Origin: Negaprion brevirostris
Lineage: Eukaryota
Direction: 5' to 3'
DNA: 63,923 bases
NCBI GenBank assembly: GCA_030324005.1
Contig: JARDVH010000150.1
Span: 35,880,626-35,944,548, forward strand
This document shows, piece by piece, positions 11,300 through 23,300 of the stretch. Each line of letters opens with the position of its first letter. The first letter of the stretch is position 1. Under the pieces are notes generated by a model. It was not told the DNA's origin, searched no databases, and was given only the letters and a program-made list of their open reading frames with translations. The position numbers and the translations under genes are program-made.

Positions 11300-12440
11300 G
11301 GCTACAAGTTAAAACACCATCCAACTCTAACATACCTCAGAGTGACTCCAGATAGGACACCAACCTTCCATGAACACCTAAAAACAACTGCAGACAAGCT
11401 CAAAAACAACTTGATTGCCAAACTAGCCGGCTCAATGTGGGGTTTTGCTACCACCACCCGCTGAACCTCAGCACTCGCACTCTAATACTCAGTAGCTGAA
11501 TAGTGCTCCCCTGTTTGGTCAAGATCATCTGACACACACACACACACACACACACAGACTTGATACCCAGCTGAATGTTACCATAGTATGGCTTTGGCTG
11601 ATAGGATTAAGGAGAATCCTAAGGCGTTCTATAGGTATGTCAAGAACAGAAGGTTGGTTAGGACNNNNNNNNNNNNNNNNNNNNNNNNNNNNNNNNNNNN
11701 NNNNNNNNNNNNNNNNNNNNNNNNNNNNNNNNNNNNNNNNNNNNNNNNNNNNNNNNNNNNNNNNGGCGTTTAAGAGATCTGTGGATAGGTTTATGGATGA
11801 AAAGGGATTGGTTTAGATTAGTGGGTCAGTGTTTTTTTTTACAAGGCTGGTCGGCGCAACATCGTGGGCCGAAGGGCCTGTTCTGCGCTGTAATGTTCTA
11901 TGTTCTATATGTACATTACTTAAACACCACACTCAGCACTAATTTCTTGGCTCCCTGTCCTTGTAAACATCAGTCCTCCATGGTTCCACTGACTTGCAAC
12001 AGCCCATAAACTTGACAGAAAAAGTTTGCAATTGCCCCCATCTTCCATTAGATGATGATCTATTCAGCCCATCCAAGGTATGACTCCCATCAAGAAGATC
12101 GATCTGAAAAATCCTTCCACACAGGACGTCAATGCAAACTTCACCTGGACAAATGATTGGGAATCATTGGACATGACAAACTAGTACCTGGTCTCAAACT
12201 CAACTCAATGGCTGCCTGGTTTTAACCTTCTAAGGAAAGAATGGCCCATCTTCAAAAGTTCAGGGCTGGCCATGGCCCTTGCTTAGCCACCCTCCACAGA
12301 TGGGGCATTAGTGCCAGGCCTGCAGGAGAGAAGAAACTGTGCATCCAATCCATAGACTCAGCGGAGGCCTAACTGCAATCAACACAACAGGACTGGGAGA
12401 AACATCTTGGTTTCAGGACATTGTATTTGCTAAATAAAAT
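11300..12440 (+). mobile_element. Vingi/Ingi-like non-LTR retrotransposon 3' part
   Basis: TYLRVTPDRTPTFHEHL..NNLIAKLAGSMWG..R*TSALAL*YSVAE*CSPVWSRS, later GHGPCLATLHRWG. Contains a (CA)n at 11532-11556 and a nested CR1. Confidence 0.6.
11588..11910 (+). mobile_element. CR1 LINE fragment nested in the Vingi-like element (spans gap)
   Basis: LADRIKENPKAFYRYVKNRR and CR1 tail gggccgaagggcctgttctgcgctgtaatgttctatgttcta. Confidence 0.85.
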
Positions 12441-12489
12441 TATCATTCTCTTCCAAATCAAGTTTTTTTTTGCAGTGGTGTAAAGTGGA

Positions 12490-12790
12490 GGCAGTGGTGT
12501 AATGGTACTGTTGCTGGACTAGTAATCCGGAGACCCAGATCCAGGATAATGCTCTCGGACCTGGGTTCAAATCCCACCACTGCAGAAATTTGAATTCAAT
12601 AAAAATCTGGAATTAAAAGTTGATTGCCACAAAAATGGTCACTAATGCTCTTTAGAGAAGGAAAACTATCATCCTTACCTTATCTGGCCTACATGTGACT
12701 CCAGATCCATAGCAGCAGACTCTTAAATGCCCTCAGGGATGGACAATAAATGTTAGCCCAGCCAGTGATATCCACATCCCAGAAACAAAT
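12490..12790 (+). mobile_element. tRNA-headed SINE (SacSINE1/DeuSINE-like)
   Basis: A-box ggtgtaatgg, B-box ggttcaaatcc, body ggcctacatgtgactccaga, LINE-like tail ggacaataaatg..ccacatccc. Confidence 0.7.
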
Positions 12791-13309
12791 ACAAAAAACT
12801 GACCTTAGTCCTCCTGGAGAAGCTGGTCTCTTGGGTATTGCTTCCAATTTCAAATTAGCAAGTAATCCTAATTGCAATTTATCTTTCGTTACCTTTTGTA
12901 AATCTTCCAAGTTTATATTTCCTACTCCCAGACAAGTTTTAGCAATTGCTGAAACTATTTTGTATTCACCCACTTTAAAGTCACATAATACCTCTCCTGG
13001 TTCAGTATTTTCCTCACCCTTGTTGCCTTTAAATTCATCAATTCCAAGACAATCAAGGAATTATTCTTTTAATATCCCGCAAAGAGACTCCAATTTAGTT
13101 CAGGGCATGGCTGATAGTAGACATCAAGTTGTTCAGAGCCCAGAAGGGGAACTTGAAACAACTGCCCTCACATTTGTTTGCTATTTATAATGCGGAGAGG
13201 TTTTGAAATCCAGAAATGATGTCCCCAACTACTTGTGAGGATTTTATAGTAAACGTTCATTAAGAAATAATAAAATAGAGTTACACTTAAATAAGATAAT
13301 GGTTTCACA

Positions 13310-14005
13310 ATAAATGGGGAAAGGCTTCAGAAATCTGAAGCACAAAAGGGACTTGGGACTCCTGGTTCAAGACTCTCTTAATGTTAACTTACAAGTTCAG
13401 CTGACAGTTAGGAAGGCAAATTCAATGTTAGCATTAATTTCTAGAAGGTTAGAATACAAGAACAGGGATGTACTGTTGAGGCAGTAAAAGGCTTTGGTCA
13501 GGCCCCATTTGGATTACTGTGAGCAGTTTTGGGCCCCTTACCTAAGGAACGATATGCTGATCTTGGAGGGGATCCAGAGGAGGTTCACAAGAATGATCCC
13601 AGGAATGAAGGGCGTGTCATATGAAGAGTGGTTGAAGAGTCTGGGTATTTACTCGATGGAATTTAAAAGGATGAGGGGGAAATCTAATTGAAAATTACAG
13701 AATACTGAAAGGCCTGGATAGAGCCGACATGGAGAGGATGTTTCCACTAGTGGGAGAGATAGAATTCGAGGGCACAACCTCAGAGTGAAGGCACGCTCCT
13801 TTGAAACGGAGATGAGGAGGAATTTCTTCAGCCAAAGGGTGGTGAATCTGTGGAACTTATTGCCACAGAGGGCCAGGTCATTGAGTGTCTTTAAGACAGG
13901 TAACAAGGAGATCAAGGATTACGGGGAGAAGACAGAGAATGGGGATAAGAAGAAGACTCGATGGGCTGAATGGCCTAATTCTGCTCTTGTATCTTATGGT
14001 CTGAT
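13310..14005 (+). mobile_element. CR1 LINE 3' fragment
   Basis: VRPHLDYCEQFWAPYLRNDMLILEGIQRRFTRMIPG and RRNFFSQRVVNLWNLLP plus CR1 tail. Confidence 0.92.
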
Positions 14006-14477
14006 AATTCAAAATAGTTCCAAACAATCTTAATTTAACTACATTCTCATCTGTTCAGCAACAACTTATAGATTTTAAGATCCATAAAAGTTCAGTAACT
14101 TTTATCATTCACACTGTGCCTTTAATTTTTGTTGTGGTACCCTGAGGCGACCCGCAATTGGCATTTCAGGTCAGGTTCTGTTCACACTGCTTTCTTGGAA
14201 TTTGACAGCGATTTCTGCTATTTGCTGAGATCAAAAACAGCACCTCCATTGGTTTCAGTTTTTCCTTAAATACATTCCTTCCTTTTGGTGGCAAGTAGTT
14301 AACATTNNNNNNNNNNNNNNNNNNNNNNNNNNNNNNNNNNNNNNNNNNNNNNNNNNNNNNNNNNNNNNNNNNNNNNNNNNNNNNNNNNNNNNNNNNNNNN
14401 NNNNNNGCTATTTGCTGAGATCAAAAACAGCACCTCCATTGGTTTCAGTCTTTCCTTAAATACATTCCTTCCTTTTG

Positions 14478-14745
14478 GTGGCAAGTAGTTAACATTGCTG
14501 CCTCACAGCGCCAGGGACCTGGGTTCAATTCTCGACTCAGGTCACTGTCTGTCTGGAGTCTGCACATTCTCCCTGTGTCTGTGTGGATTTCCTCTGGGTG
14601 CTCTGGTTCCTCCCACAGTCCAAAACACATGCCGATTAGGAGTATTAGACATGTTAAATTCTCCCGCAATAGGAACTAGATTTTCACACTAACTTCACTG
14701 CAATATTAAGGTAAGCCTATTTGTGACACTAATAAATGAACTTAA
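14478..14745 (+). mobile_element. HE1-type tRNA-derived SINE
   Basis: cctcacagcgccagggacctgggttcaatt..tgcacattctccctgtgtctgtgtgg core and ttcacactaacttcactgca..gtgacactaataaa tail. Confidence 0.85.
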
Positions 14746-15699
14746 AAAAGGAGGTAAGGGAGAAAGGAAACGGACAAGAAGAAAAGAGGAAGGGTTTGTA
14801 CATATTAATTGTACATTTTACATGTAGTTTTACTCTTCTCTCATAATTTCTGCACATATGTCAAAGCCTCAAAAAATCTTCAGTGATTTTAAAAAGCCAA
14901 GCTAAAAGTCTGATGTACCAGCAGTGGTGGAACATGGCTCCAGATTTTCGATCTGCATTGGATTCTGCAATATCTGTCAGTCATAGTTCACATCAGCTCA
15001 CATAAATTAACTAAAGCATTGAACTTTCCTAAAGTATTTGAAGTAATCACTGAGGCTTGTAAGGATCGACATTACATCAGGCAGTCTTGCTTAAAATACA
15101 TAGTAAAATCCAAATGCACTTTCATTGACACTTATTACATACATTCCAAACACACCCTATCCATGTATGTGGGTCATGTTTCTTGTGCAGGAATTGTTTT
15201 AGCAGTTTGTGCTATTATTCTGCCATTTTATCAGCAGCCCTGTTGTTACTGCAGCAACATAACTGATCTTAACTGTGAAAATGTTTGTTTTAAATTGAAC
15301 TAATATGGGGTTATTATTTTAGTGTTTTCGCCTTTTTTTTGTGTGGCTTGAATAGGTTGATTGACAGCAATAGCATGTGACTAGGTGGCACTAGGCTTAC
15401 ACTGAGAAATCAAGTCAGTTGCTATTTTGGAAGCTGCAAAGTAGCCATCTCACTCTCTCTGAAGTCTGAAGACTGGGATCTACCAGAGACTGGGGGCAAA
15501 TTTTACCATCCTGACTTCCGTGGGAATTGGAGTGGGTGAGGGGCTGACCATGGAAAGATCCATTGACTTCATGCAGGATTTTTTGGTTTTGGGGCAAACA
15601 AGGCTGGAAATTCCCAGCAACCTCAAAAAGACTGGTGAGTTTGGTGAGTCCTCAGAAGATACTCTCTGAGGTTGTCTAGTTTGTGGTCTCCAATATGAG

Positions 15700-16945
15700 G
15701 CTATCTGAAGAAGACTGCTTACTGAATGTGCTTTGACTTTAAAGACAGAGAAAGAAATCACAGTGTCAATGGAACTGTCTGCTAAAAAGACTTCATAAAT
15801 TGGTGCAAGAATAAAGATCCACAAGTTGCGAACTGTCCATAAGAAGTCAAAACAGCAACAAGCATGTCATAGACTGCCAAAATGAGCCATGAATGCTGGA
15901 GCTAGGAATGTCAATGCAAAAATTCTGGCAAAATGGGTCACATTGTAAAAGCTTTTTGGGCTAGACCAGCTGAGAAGAATGTTCAGAAGAAGAATCTGGG
16001 TGCCTTCAAGAAGAATAAGTTGCATTCTACAAAAACAATTGAAACATTGAAGAAGAATTGTGAATGTTGTATCTTTAGTTCCTGAGACCAAATACCAACA
16101 AAAGCTGAAGAATCTTTCTATAAAACCAGCTGACATGATCTTAAGGACATATACAATAGAGGTAGGCAGGATTTTCCAGCTGTGCTCACCCCAAAACTGG
16201 AAAATCCTACCCAAAGACAATGGATCTTTGCATAGTCTTCCTTCCTCTGCTATGATTCCTGTGGTAGGTGGGATGGGAAAACTTCCCCCATTGTGTCATT
16301 TAAAAGTTACATCATGGTCAACATAAAGTTGAGTGGACAAACAGTGGAATTGATTCCATGTGGTCTGTGGTAATTTTCCAGCTCCATTTGGGAGATCATG
16401 ATTGGAGAAGATAAAGGTTAACTGGATTGCTGTCAACAGACTGGCCAATGGGTGGCACAGTGGTTAGCACTGCTACCTCACAGAGCCAGGGACCCAGATT
16501 CAATTCCAGCCTTGGGTGACTATCTTTGTGGAGTTTGCACATTCTCCCCTTGTCTGCGTGGGTTTCTTCCGGGTGCTCAGGTTTCCTCCCACAGTCCAAA
16601 CATTCGTGGGTTATGTTCATTCGCCATGGTAATTTGCCCCTTAATACCAGTGGGATTAGCAGGGTAATACTTGGGATTACAGGCTAAGGCCTGGGTGGGA
16701 CTGTTGTTAGTGCAGGCTTGATGGGGTGAATGGCCTTCTTCTGCACTGTAGAGATTCTATGAATATCAAAACAGATCTACAGGACTTCCTGGATAAATAC
16801 AAGAATGTATTCAAAGAGACACTTGGCTCAATGAAGGGAGTTCAAATGAAACTCAAGACAAAACCTAACAGTCAACCAAAAAGTCTCAAAAGCAAGAGCG
16901 GTGCCATATGCAATTTGTCCAAAGATCAAAGAAGAACATTCCCAA
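15700..16945 (+). mobile_element. Gypsy LTR-retrotransposon gag-pol relic
   Basis: YQQKLKNLSIKPADMILRTYT, FGRSxLEKIKVNW, LDKYKNVFKETLGSMKGVQMKLKTKPNSQPK..RAVPYAICPKIKEE (protease-RT linker); interrupted by a SINE. Confidence 0.7.
16450..16762 (+). mobile_element. HE1-type SINE nested in Gypsy relic
   Basis: ggtggcacagtggttagcactgct head; tail ggccttcttctgcactgtagagattctatg. Confidence 0.9.
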
Positions 16946-17771
16946 GCAAGTAGCCTGAGCAACCAACATGGCAAAAATTCTAAAGCAATTCTTGACAAAA
17001 CTGAACTTGTTCAGATTCCCTGCTGTAGTGGAGACAATAACCCTTTAAACAGTGAATATTTGATACTTAAAGGAATGCATCAAATGGAATAAAAACCAAT
17101 GTATTTGTGTAATGTTTGTATAAATACAGCTCTAGATTTTGTCCTGAACAGTCCATCTCAAAATAACATTGCAAAGTTCCTACTGTGAGCCCTGGTGTTT
17201 GTTAAGTTTCTCACCCATTACAGGTAGCTGGTTTAGACTGCACTGATATGCCAAAAGCTGAATGGGTGAAGTTGTCACTGCAGAGATGCCAGTTTAACTT
17301 CAACCCAATCTCCTTCAACATTTAAATGAAGTGCGATTAGCTTTAGGGAAATAACTATCAGATAACACAATGCACTTAGAAGTTAGTAAATATGTTTAAC
17401 AATCTTTGTCATTTATTATTTAATAGGTTCTTATGAGATAGTCAGGTAGCTGGCAAGTTATGGCATCAGGCCTTTTCCTCTTGAGCATATCAGTGTTAAA
17501 ACAGTATTAACACGTATGATAAAATTATCTAACATTAAATGAGAAAGTTTGCCAATATATTGTGGGAGGACTTGAGGAGGGTACAATAACATGTGCTATA
17601 TCAATGTATGAATTTTATAAAAGGATATGTATTGAGAGGACCACAAGATAAAAATTATTTTCTTGTCCGATATTTCCCAAGGGAGTCTTTGTTTGCCTGC
17701 TTCTTCTATCCAGGGCTAGAACTTAAGTGGCAGATCACATCTTCAAAACAAGAATTCCGTGTTCCCCTTTC

Positions 17772-17929
17772 AGAATGATGGTAATAGAGAATCCATCGAT
17801 GGGATGCACCCGGTACATCTACTTGAACCAAAAAAAAATTGCTATCATTTGTTCTGGTGTTGCCATCCAGCGTGACCATGTTTACCACTTTCACAGTGAA
17901 GTCTGAAGGCTGTCGGAGTTTGACACTCC
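17772..17929 (-). pseudogene. Inverted, truncated Ig sigma V pseudogene (FR1 to start of CDR2)
   Basis: Minus strand ctgcccttttacatag|GG AGT GTC.. reads SVKLRQPSDFTVKVVNMVTLDGNTRTNDSNFF-WFK*M-PGASHRWILYYHHS, colinear with V1 (21/52 identical). Acceptor in the same position and phase; Cys->Gly, TAG stop, -2/+2 indels; no FR3 or RSS found. Confidence 0.85.
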
Positions 17930-17999
17930 CTATGTAAAAGGGCAGGTTTTTAAAGAAATATGAATGTTTAAAAGTTGTTCCGTGCTCTGCCGACCTCTA

Positions 18000-18180
18000 A
18001 AATAACTTTGCAACATTTGTAAGGACCATTATAAAATGTCTGAAATGTTTCTTTAACTGTATTGAAGCATCTCAGCATGTTACTTGAAGTATGTAAAGCC
18101 TGAATATCATTGTTTTTTGTGTGGTCATTTTGTAATGTTAGTAATGTTCTGATTTATGAATAAAGCATATTTTTGGAAAA
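18000..18180 (+). mobile_element. Possible LINE 3' tail (Tx1-like)
   Basis: T-rich tract ending tttatgaataaagcatatttttggaaaa; recognised only as a tail pattern. Confidence 0.35.
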
Positions 18181-18605
18181 CATGCTGCCCCTAGTTTCTT
18201 CCTTGGGAAACTATCTTCTGTTTGAAACGTGATTCAGTCTTTAACTGGACTGATGTGTCACTACATCAATCTGAATCCCTGACACTGAATGAGAGGCTGG
18301 GAGGCTTTCAGATCCTTGCTCTGATTGGTGTGTTTGGTAAACTATTCTAATACTTTACATTTCATAAAACCACTTTAATTTTTTCTTTATGCAATATTTT
18401 CCAATTGATACAATTTAATAATTGATGAAATTCTGAACCTCAGTGCCCAGTACTGTGTCAATGATATTTTACTGCCTGTGTGGGTGTTGCTGTGAGTTCA
18501 TTCCTTACTGTCCCACACCAGCAGGAGCACTGGGAATATGTGAAGACTGATTAATACTGGACTGGAAAATCTGGAACGTGTTTTCTGTGATTTCCAGGAT
18601 CCGGG

Positions 18606-18644
18606 GATAACTGTATGGATTGAACCCTAGAACATCACACTGTA
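18606..18644 (-). promoter_or_regulatory. Defective 23-RSS of J2
   Basis: Same nonamer GATAACTGT (18606-18614), 23-nt spacer, heptamer CACTGTA (18638-18644), which breaks the essential CAC on the RSS strand. Confidence 0.8.
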
Positions 18645-18679
18645 GTTGTTTGGCCAAGGGACCAAACTCTTAGTCGCAG
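18645..18679 (+). pseudogene. Ig sigma J segment 2 (LFGQGTKLLVA), probably non-functional
   Basis: Canonical FGQG and intact donor G|GTAAGT at 18679/18680, but a broken heptamer and a pseudogenic C. Confidence 0.88.
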
Positions 18680-20028
18680 GTAAGTGGCTGAAAACTATGC
18701 CTGCAGAAATGTGAATTTGTAGATGTAGTAATTCATTTACAATTTAAACTATTCTTCAAACACTTGTACTGTGTGAAACTGCTGACTCTACGTTTAATGT
18801 CTAACACTTTCTGTAAATTAGTCTTATGTTTTCACACCAGATCTGCTTGGCGTCTTGATTTGTGCCGTATTTCTAGTACTAATTGTTTAGTGCTATTTCT
18901 CTGAATTAACGCAGCGTTTCTAGCTTTGAATGTGCTGTGTAGCTTTTCCTATGAGCACACATGTCACTGTCTATTTATTGACGAAGTAATTTTTGAGTAG
19001 TTGAAGGTCTTGTTTGTGGCTCAGAGGTGGCTTCCCTTCTTTGGTGCCAGAAGCTCTGCTTTCCACTCCTATTGCAGGACTTGATGACTATGGAGGTATC
19101 ATGACCAAGCAGTTGGGTTACGAGTCTGTAAACACTCCCTCAACAGCAGGAGAGTCTCCTCATTGGCCAGACTGCAGAAGGCATACCACTGCACTACATA
19201 ATCATGGACCAATCCAGATTTTGGGGCATTGTACTTTAAGTAGGAGGAATTTTGAGTGCATTCAATTGTGCTCAACTCTATTTTTAATTCTGAAAATTAA
19301 TAGAACCATCTCATTCTCAAAACTCTGCATGAACATGGAAACAAAAGCAGAAAAAGTCTGGTTCAGTATAATCTGGTTTGTTTAAACCTAAGATGGAAGG
19401 AGTGGTATTGGAAAGGTATAATTGTAATGTCTGGATGAATCTATGCTGGATGTATGCACATGAATGATACAGAGTTAAGAACTGAAATTGAGGAATGCTG
19501 TTCTTAGCCCCAGCAGCAGAGATCACTAATTCATAGTGAAAGTCAGTATCAATATTACCCTTAACCAGGCTGTTGAAGTCAACTCAATTGTCCAAGATGC
19601 ATACGTTCATTGGCTGATGCCAGTCTTGGGCTGGAGCCTTGGGGAGAGAGAGTTATTAATAGTCTAGTATTTCAGATTACTATAATAATCCAGAGGAAGG
19701 ATTCAAATGCCATTGCAATAATTGGAGAATTTGAATTCCATTTATTCAAACGTTGCATTTTTGTTGTTAAAAACCCAAATTGTTCAATATCTTCAGGAAA
19801 GTTTGGGACTTCAGTTCCACACCAATATAATAACTGCCCTCTAATAGCCACTCCATTGTGTCCAACAGCTATCAATGGTTCAAGATGTAGACCCACCATC
19901 ACCTCCGGGCAACTTAATGAGGGACTGTTGCAAGTGATGCCCACATTCCAAAAATTAATGGGGAAAGGGATTGCAGTGTAATCCACTAAACTATCTATAT
20001 AACTTGTTTCCTCTGGTTCTGATTACAA

Positions 20029-20336
20029 TTCAGCAATTCCCTGACCCTTCAATAAAACTGCTGGGACCTTCAGTTGATGAGTTGTTCACTAAAGGCCCAT
20101 TAATTTGTCTAGTCAGCAAACTATCCACGGGCTTTACTATGGTCATTTGATGGGAATCTGATGAGCAGTGATGTCCAAACCAGTGTGACGTCACAGAACT
20201 CAGACAACACCTTCAGTCTCAGCAGCAACTGACAGTCGCAGGCAGAGATTGGAGCAGTGAGAAGGTATACTCCTGTACAGTTCAACAAGGAGCAGCTTCA
20301 AAAACAACCACAACCACCTCATAATCCAACTGTTAA
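20029..20336 (+). pseudogene. Ig sigma C pseudogene 2
   Basis: Colinear with C1. Acceptor AG->AA (20027-20028), 6-nt deletion, 8-nt deletion removing the core Trp, 1-nt deletion, CAA->TAA at 20322-20324. Confidence 0.93.
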
Positions 20337-23300
20337 ATAGATGAAAGTTTCACCTGAATAGTAGGAAAATATTACGCTGCTTTTTCTCAACATACCATTT
20401 TCTACCTCGATATCTATCGCATTTTGTGCTTTGTATTTGAAGTGTTTGTACATCAAACAATTTTGTTTTACCCTAATTCAGAAGCCTCATGAAGGTAAAT
20501 GTGGCCCAGTCATTGAAGAGTGACTTGCTCAGCACTAGCAATGGATTTAATGAAGGTGGTTTCTGATGCGCCACCATCTTCAACCAGATCAATGTGAACA
20601 GACTCAATTAAAAAAAAATTGTACAGGGAACCAAGCGTATTTTTCTTTGCTCCCTGCCAGTCAATGCTGCAACAAAAATGAGTAGAATGACTATATCTTT
20701 AGCTTCTGTATTATTTCAGCTTTTTAACCAGTTCACTAGGCCTGATGTGGAGGCCCACTTTTAAAAAAACTATAATACAGGAAATTTAGACCACAAACTC
20801 ACTTAACCAGGAATAAATTAACCTAGTCAAATTCCACAAGTTCCCTGTATGTTGGCAGGACTCAAAAGCAGACAGGATGACAGATGTTGCCCTGTTGTTA
20901 CTGCCAACTTTTGAAAAAGAGATTAATTTTCCAGTGAGCATTAACCAAAGAACAAGATTTCACCTTTTCAGGCTTCAACAAATCAACTTAAGTAATCAAT
21001 ACACCAAACAAAGGAAAAAGTCCTTGTTGGATTATCTAATTAATGCAACAGAGATGTTCTATAACCACACTGCGCTCTGACAGATGTGTAACAAACATAA
21101 AGGAACAGGTTGTAAGTTACATCCAGCTTTCTAGCAGGCTCACTCTACTTGCCACGTTGGGTTGAAAATCCTTTGTACCTTGAGCAAGTATTTATTCCCC
21201 ATTGTATAGCAGAAGGGAATTCTTCAGGAAGTGAAATTACATGCACAAATTGGAAATCAACTATGAAGAAAATATGGGCATGAGAATTTTACGAACTGAT
21301 TTGATTCATGTCACTGGAAAACAAGACATTAGACTTGAGCTCATGTTCTCTCTCTGTCTCTCGTACTCTTGTTTTCCAAGCAAAGGTACAGTGCCTTATC
21401 TTCTTATGTCCACCTATTGGTTGTTTTTAGCAGACTCCTTGAAGCCTTCTCCTGGGCCCTGAGCGGACCACAAGCTCTGAGAACTACTGTTCTACATTAT
21501 TCCAGGATTGTGGCAAGATGTTTAAATACAAATCAAAAGCTGTGACACGCGCCTAACTGGGAGCTGATCTGGGGCCACAACACCCAGGAAACGACTCTAT
21601 TAGCTGAATACGTCTTCACGTCAGATACCATGGTCAATGTGAAGTGGCTTGGGCTCCTCAGTTTGAGGTTTCTTCGATGAAGGTTTCTCCCCATCTGTAA
21701 CATAAGAGAGATCCAACATTGTACTTTACATTGGAGCAATCTTAAAAACATTAAAAAAAGTACTTGATCAAGCATTTTTTAGGGCTAGGTAAGGACTTCA
21801 TCCCTTTTAAGCCAGGTTTGTTGGGAAAGCATTTGACAAAAAGGGGGCAGGGATCTGCAGAAGCTCCTTTCAGAGATCATAAAACTCTCGGTACTGGCAT
21901 ACTAGTTCCAAACCAGAGTGGAAAGCAGAGCAGGTTGCAATATCGGGCAGATCTGTTTCTGTTCAATTTCTTAGTCTGTTATTTTCAGCTTGTTCATTTT
22001 CTGTGCTGAGTGTGTAATGGATCACCAAAATTACGGAAATAAGTAATCTCACCAAAGTGCAAAGGGTGGGGTTAGGCACAGATTTCTGTTTGAATCTAAG
22101 GTTATATTCACTTGTAGACTAAGGTAACAGTATTCATTGAATGACAGATCTCAGAAAGCCACTTCGCATGCAATGTAGCTGAACTTTCGAGTGGTGCATC
22201 CTATGTTTGAACCAAAGAATTGAAAGAGCAATTTTGAGACACGATTGACAGAATGAGCTGATACTATGCCAGTATACCCAGATTGGTCAAGGATATGCAA
22301 ACAATGTGTTCTTTATTCACCCAGAAACAAGCGTTAAGGAAATGGATCATGGTTTCAGGCTATTTAAGGAGTCGGTCAATAGTTTTCAGCTGAGGTGCTT
22401 TTGACTCATGCAAAGTTGAAGCGTGTAGTGAGTTGCTGGAGTTGAAAGGCTTTTGTTGATTGGAGGAAGGCAGAAAATAAAATTTGTTTGCATTGGCATG
22501 GGAGCAGTAGTTACAGGGCTACTTGTTTCATAGCCAAAACAGGACTTCTGAAGGAAGAGACAGGAAGGGGAACCTCTGCAAATGAGGTGATGAAAGAGGG
22601 CTCTGTACAGAAGGGGCACCATTCCTACACTGCTCTGAATCAAAAGCCGTTGGAAGTCTTACTTCACAAAGGTTGTGCCACCTTCTTTATGTGGGCCCTG
22701 AGCCTCAATTGGTCAAGGTCCTCCAGGAAGATAATAGTATCCTTAAATTATATGTTGTTGGCTCCTTCCAGATGAGAGCAAATGTCACGTGCACTTCACA
22801 AATTGCTGTGCATAGAACCATAAGGGAAGCCAGAGCGGCCCTGTTTAGAAAAAGAGGGCACTTAATTCTCTGAAGATGAAAGGGTACATAATATTTTCTG
22901 GATAGCAGGCTTCCTGATGTTGTATTTATGTGATTGCAGGTTCCCCGCATCAATGGGGCGTGATACTGCAATTACAAGCTATCACTCACCCAAACCAGTT
23001 GATATGTGAACTTGGGAAATATCTGCTATCCTGGCAACACCCGTGAAGCTTTTATCCTATGACAGTTGGCAATTCTGGCCTGAAAAACGTAACAGGATAG
23101 TTGCTCAGGAACAATAGCTATTCACTCTGTGCATGGTTCATGATTTCCTTCAGCCATTCCACCACTTGTAAAGATGCACAAAGAAGCAACTTACCATCAT
23201 CTGGATGACTTTGGCAGAAGCAGGTGGTACTAGTTCTGTAGCATTAAATGTCCATCTTCGAGGGTGCTGACATGATGGTTACATGTTGGTCCTCTGCAAG

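Larger units (their letters stand above)
18340..18900 (+). repeat. Segmental duplicate of the J1 region (~430-1000)
   Basis: Long colinear matches, e.g. gtgggtgtt.ctgtgagttcattcctta.tgtcccacac and tgatttccaggatc..ggataactgtatgga in both copies. Confidence 0.92.

Noticed and set aside
14217-14496. Direct repeats flanking N gaps (also about 25508/25651, 36660/36849, 38430/38557)
   Set aside because: Near-identical sequence on both sides of ~100-120-N gaps indicates unmerged contig overlaps.
16456-16462. CACAGTG heptamers in SINE heads (also near 28381-28396)
   Set aside because: Part of the tRNA-derived A-box region; no nonamers.
17892-17930. CACAGTG upstream of J2 as a leftover V RSS
   Set aside because: No nonamer at 12 or 23 spacing; it is the reverse complement of FR1 codons of the inverted pseudo-V.
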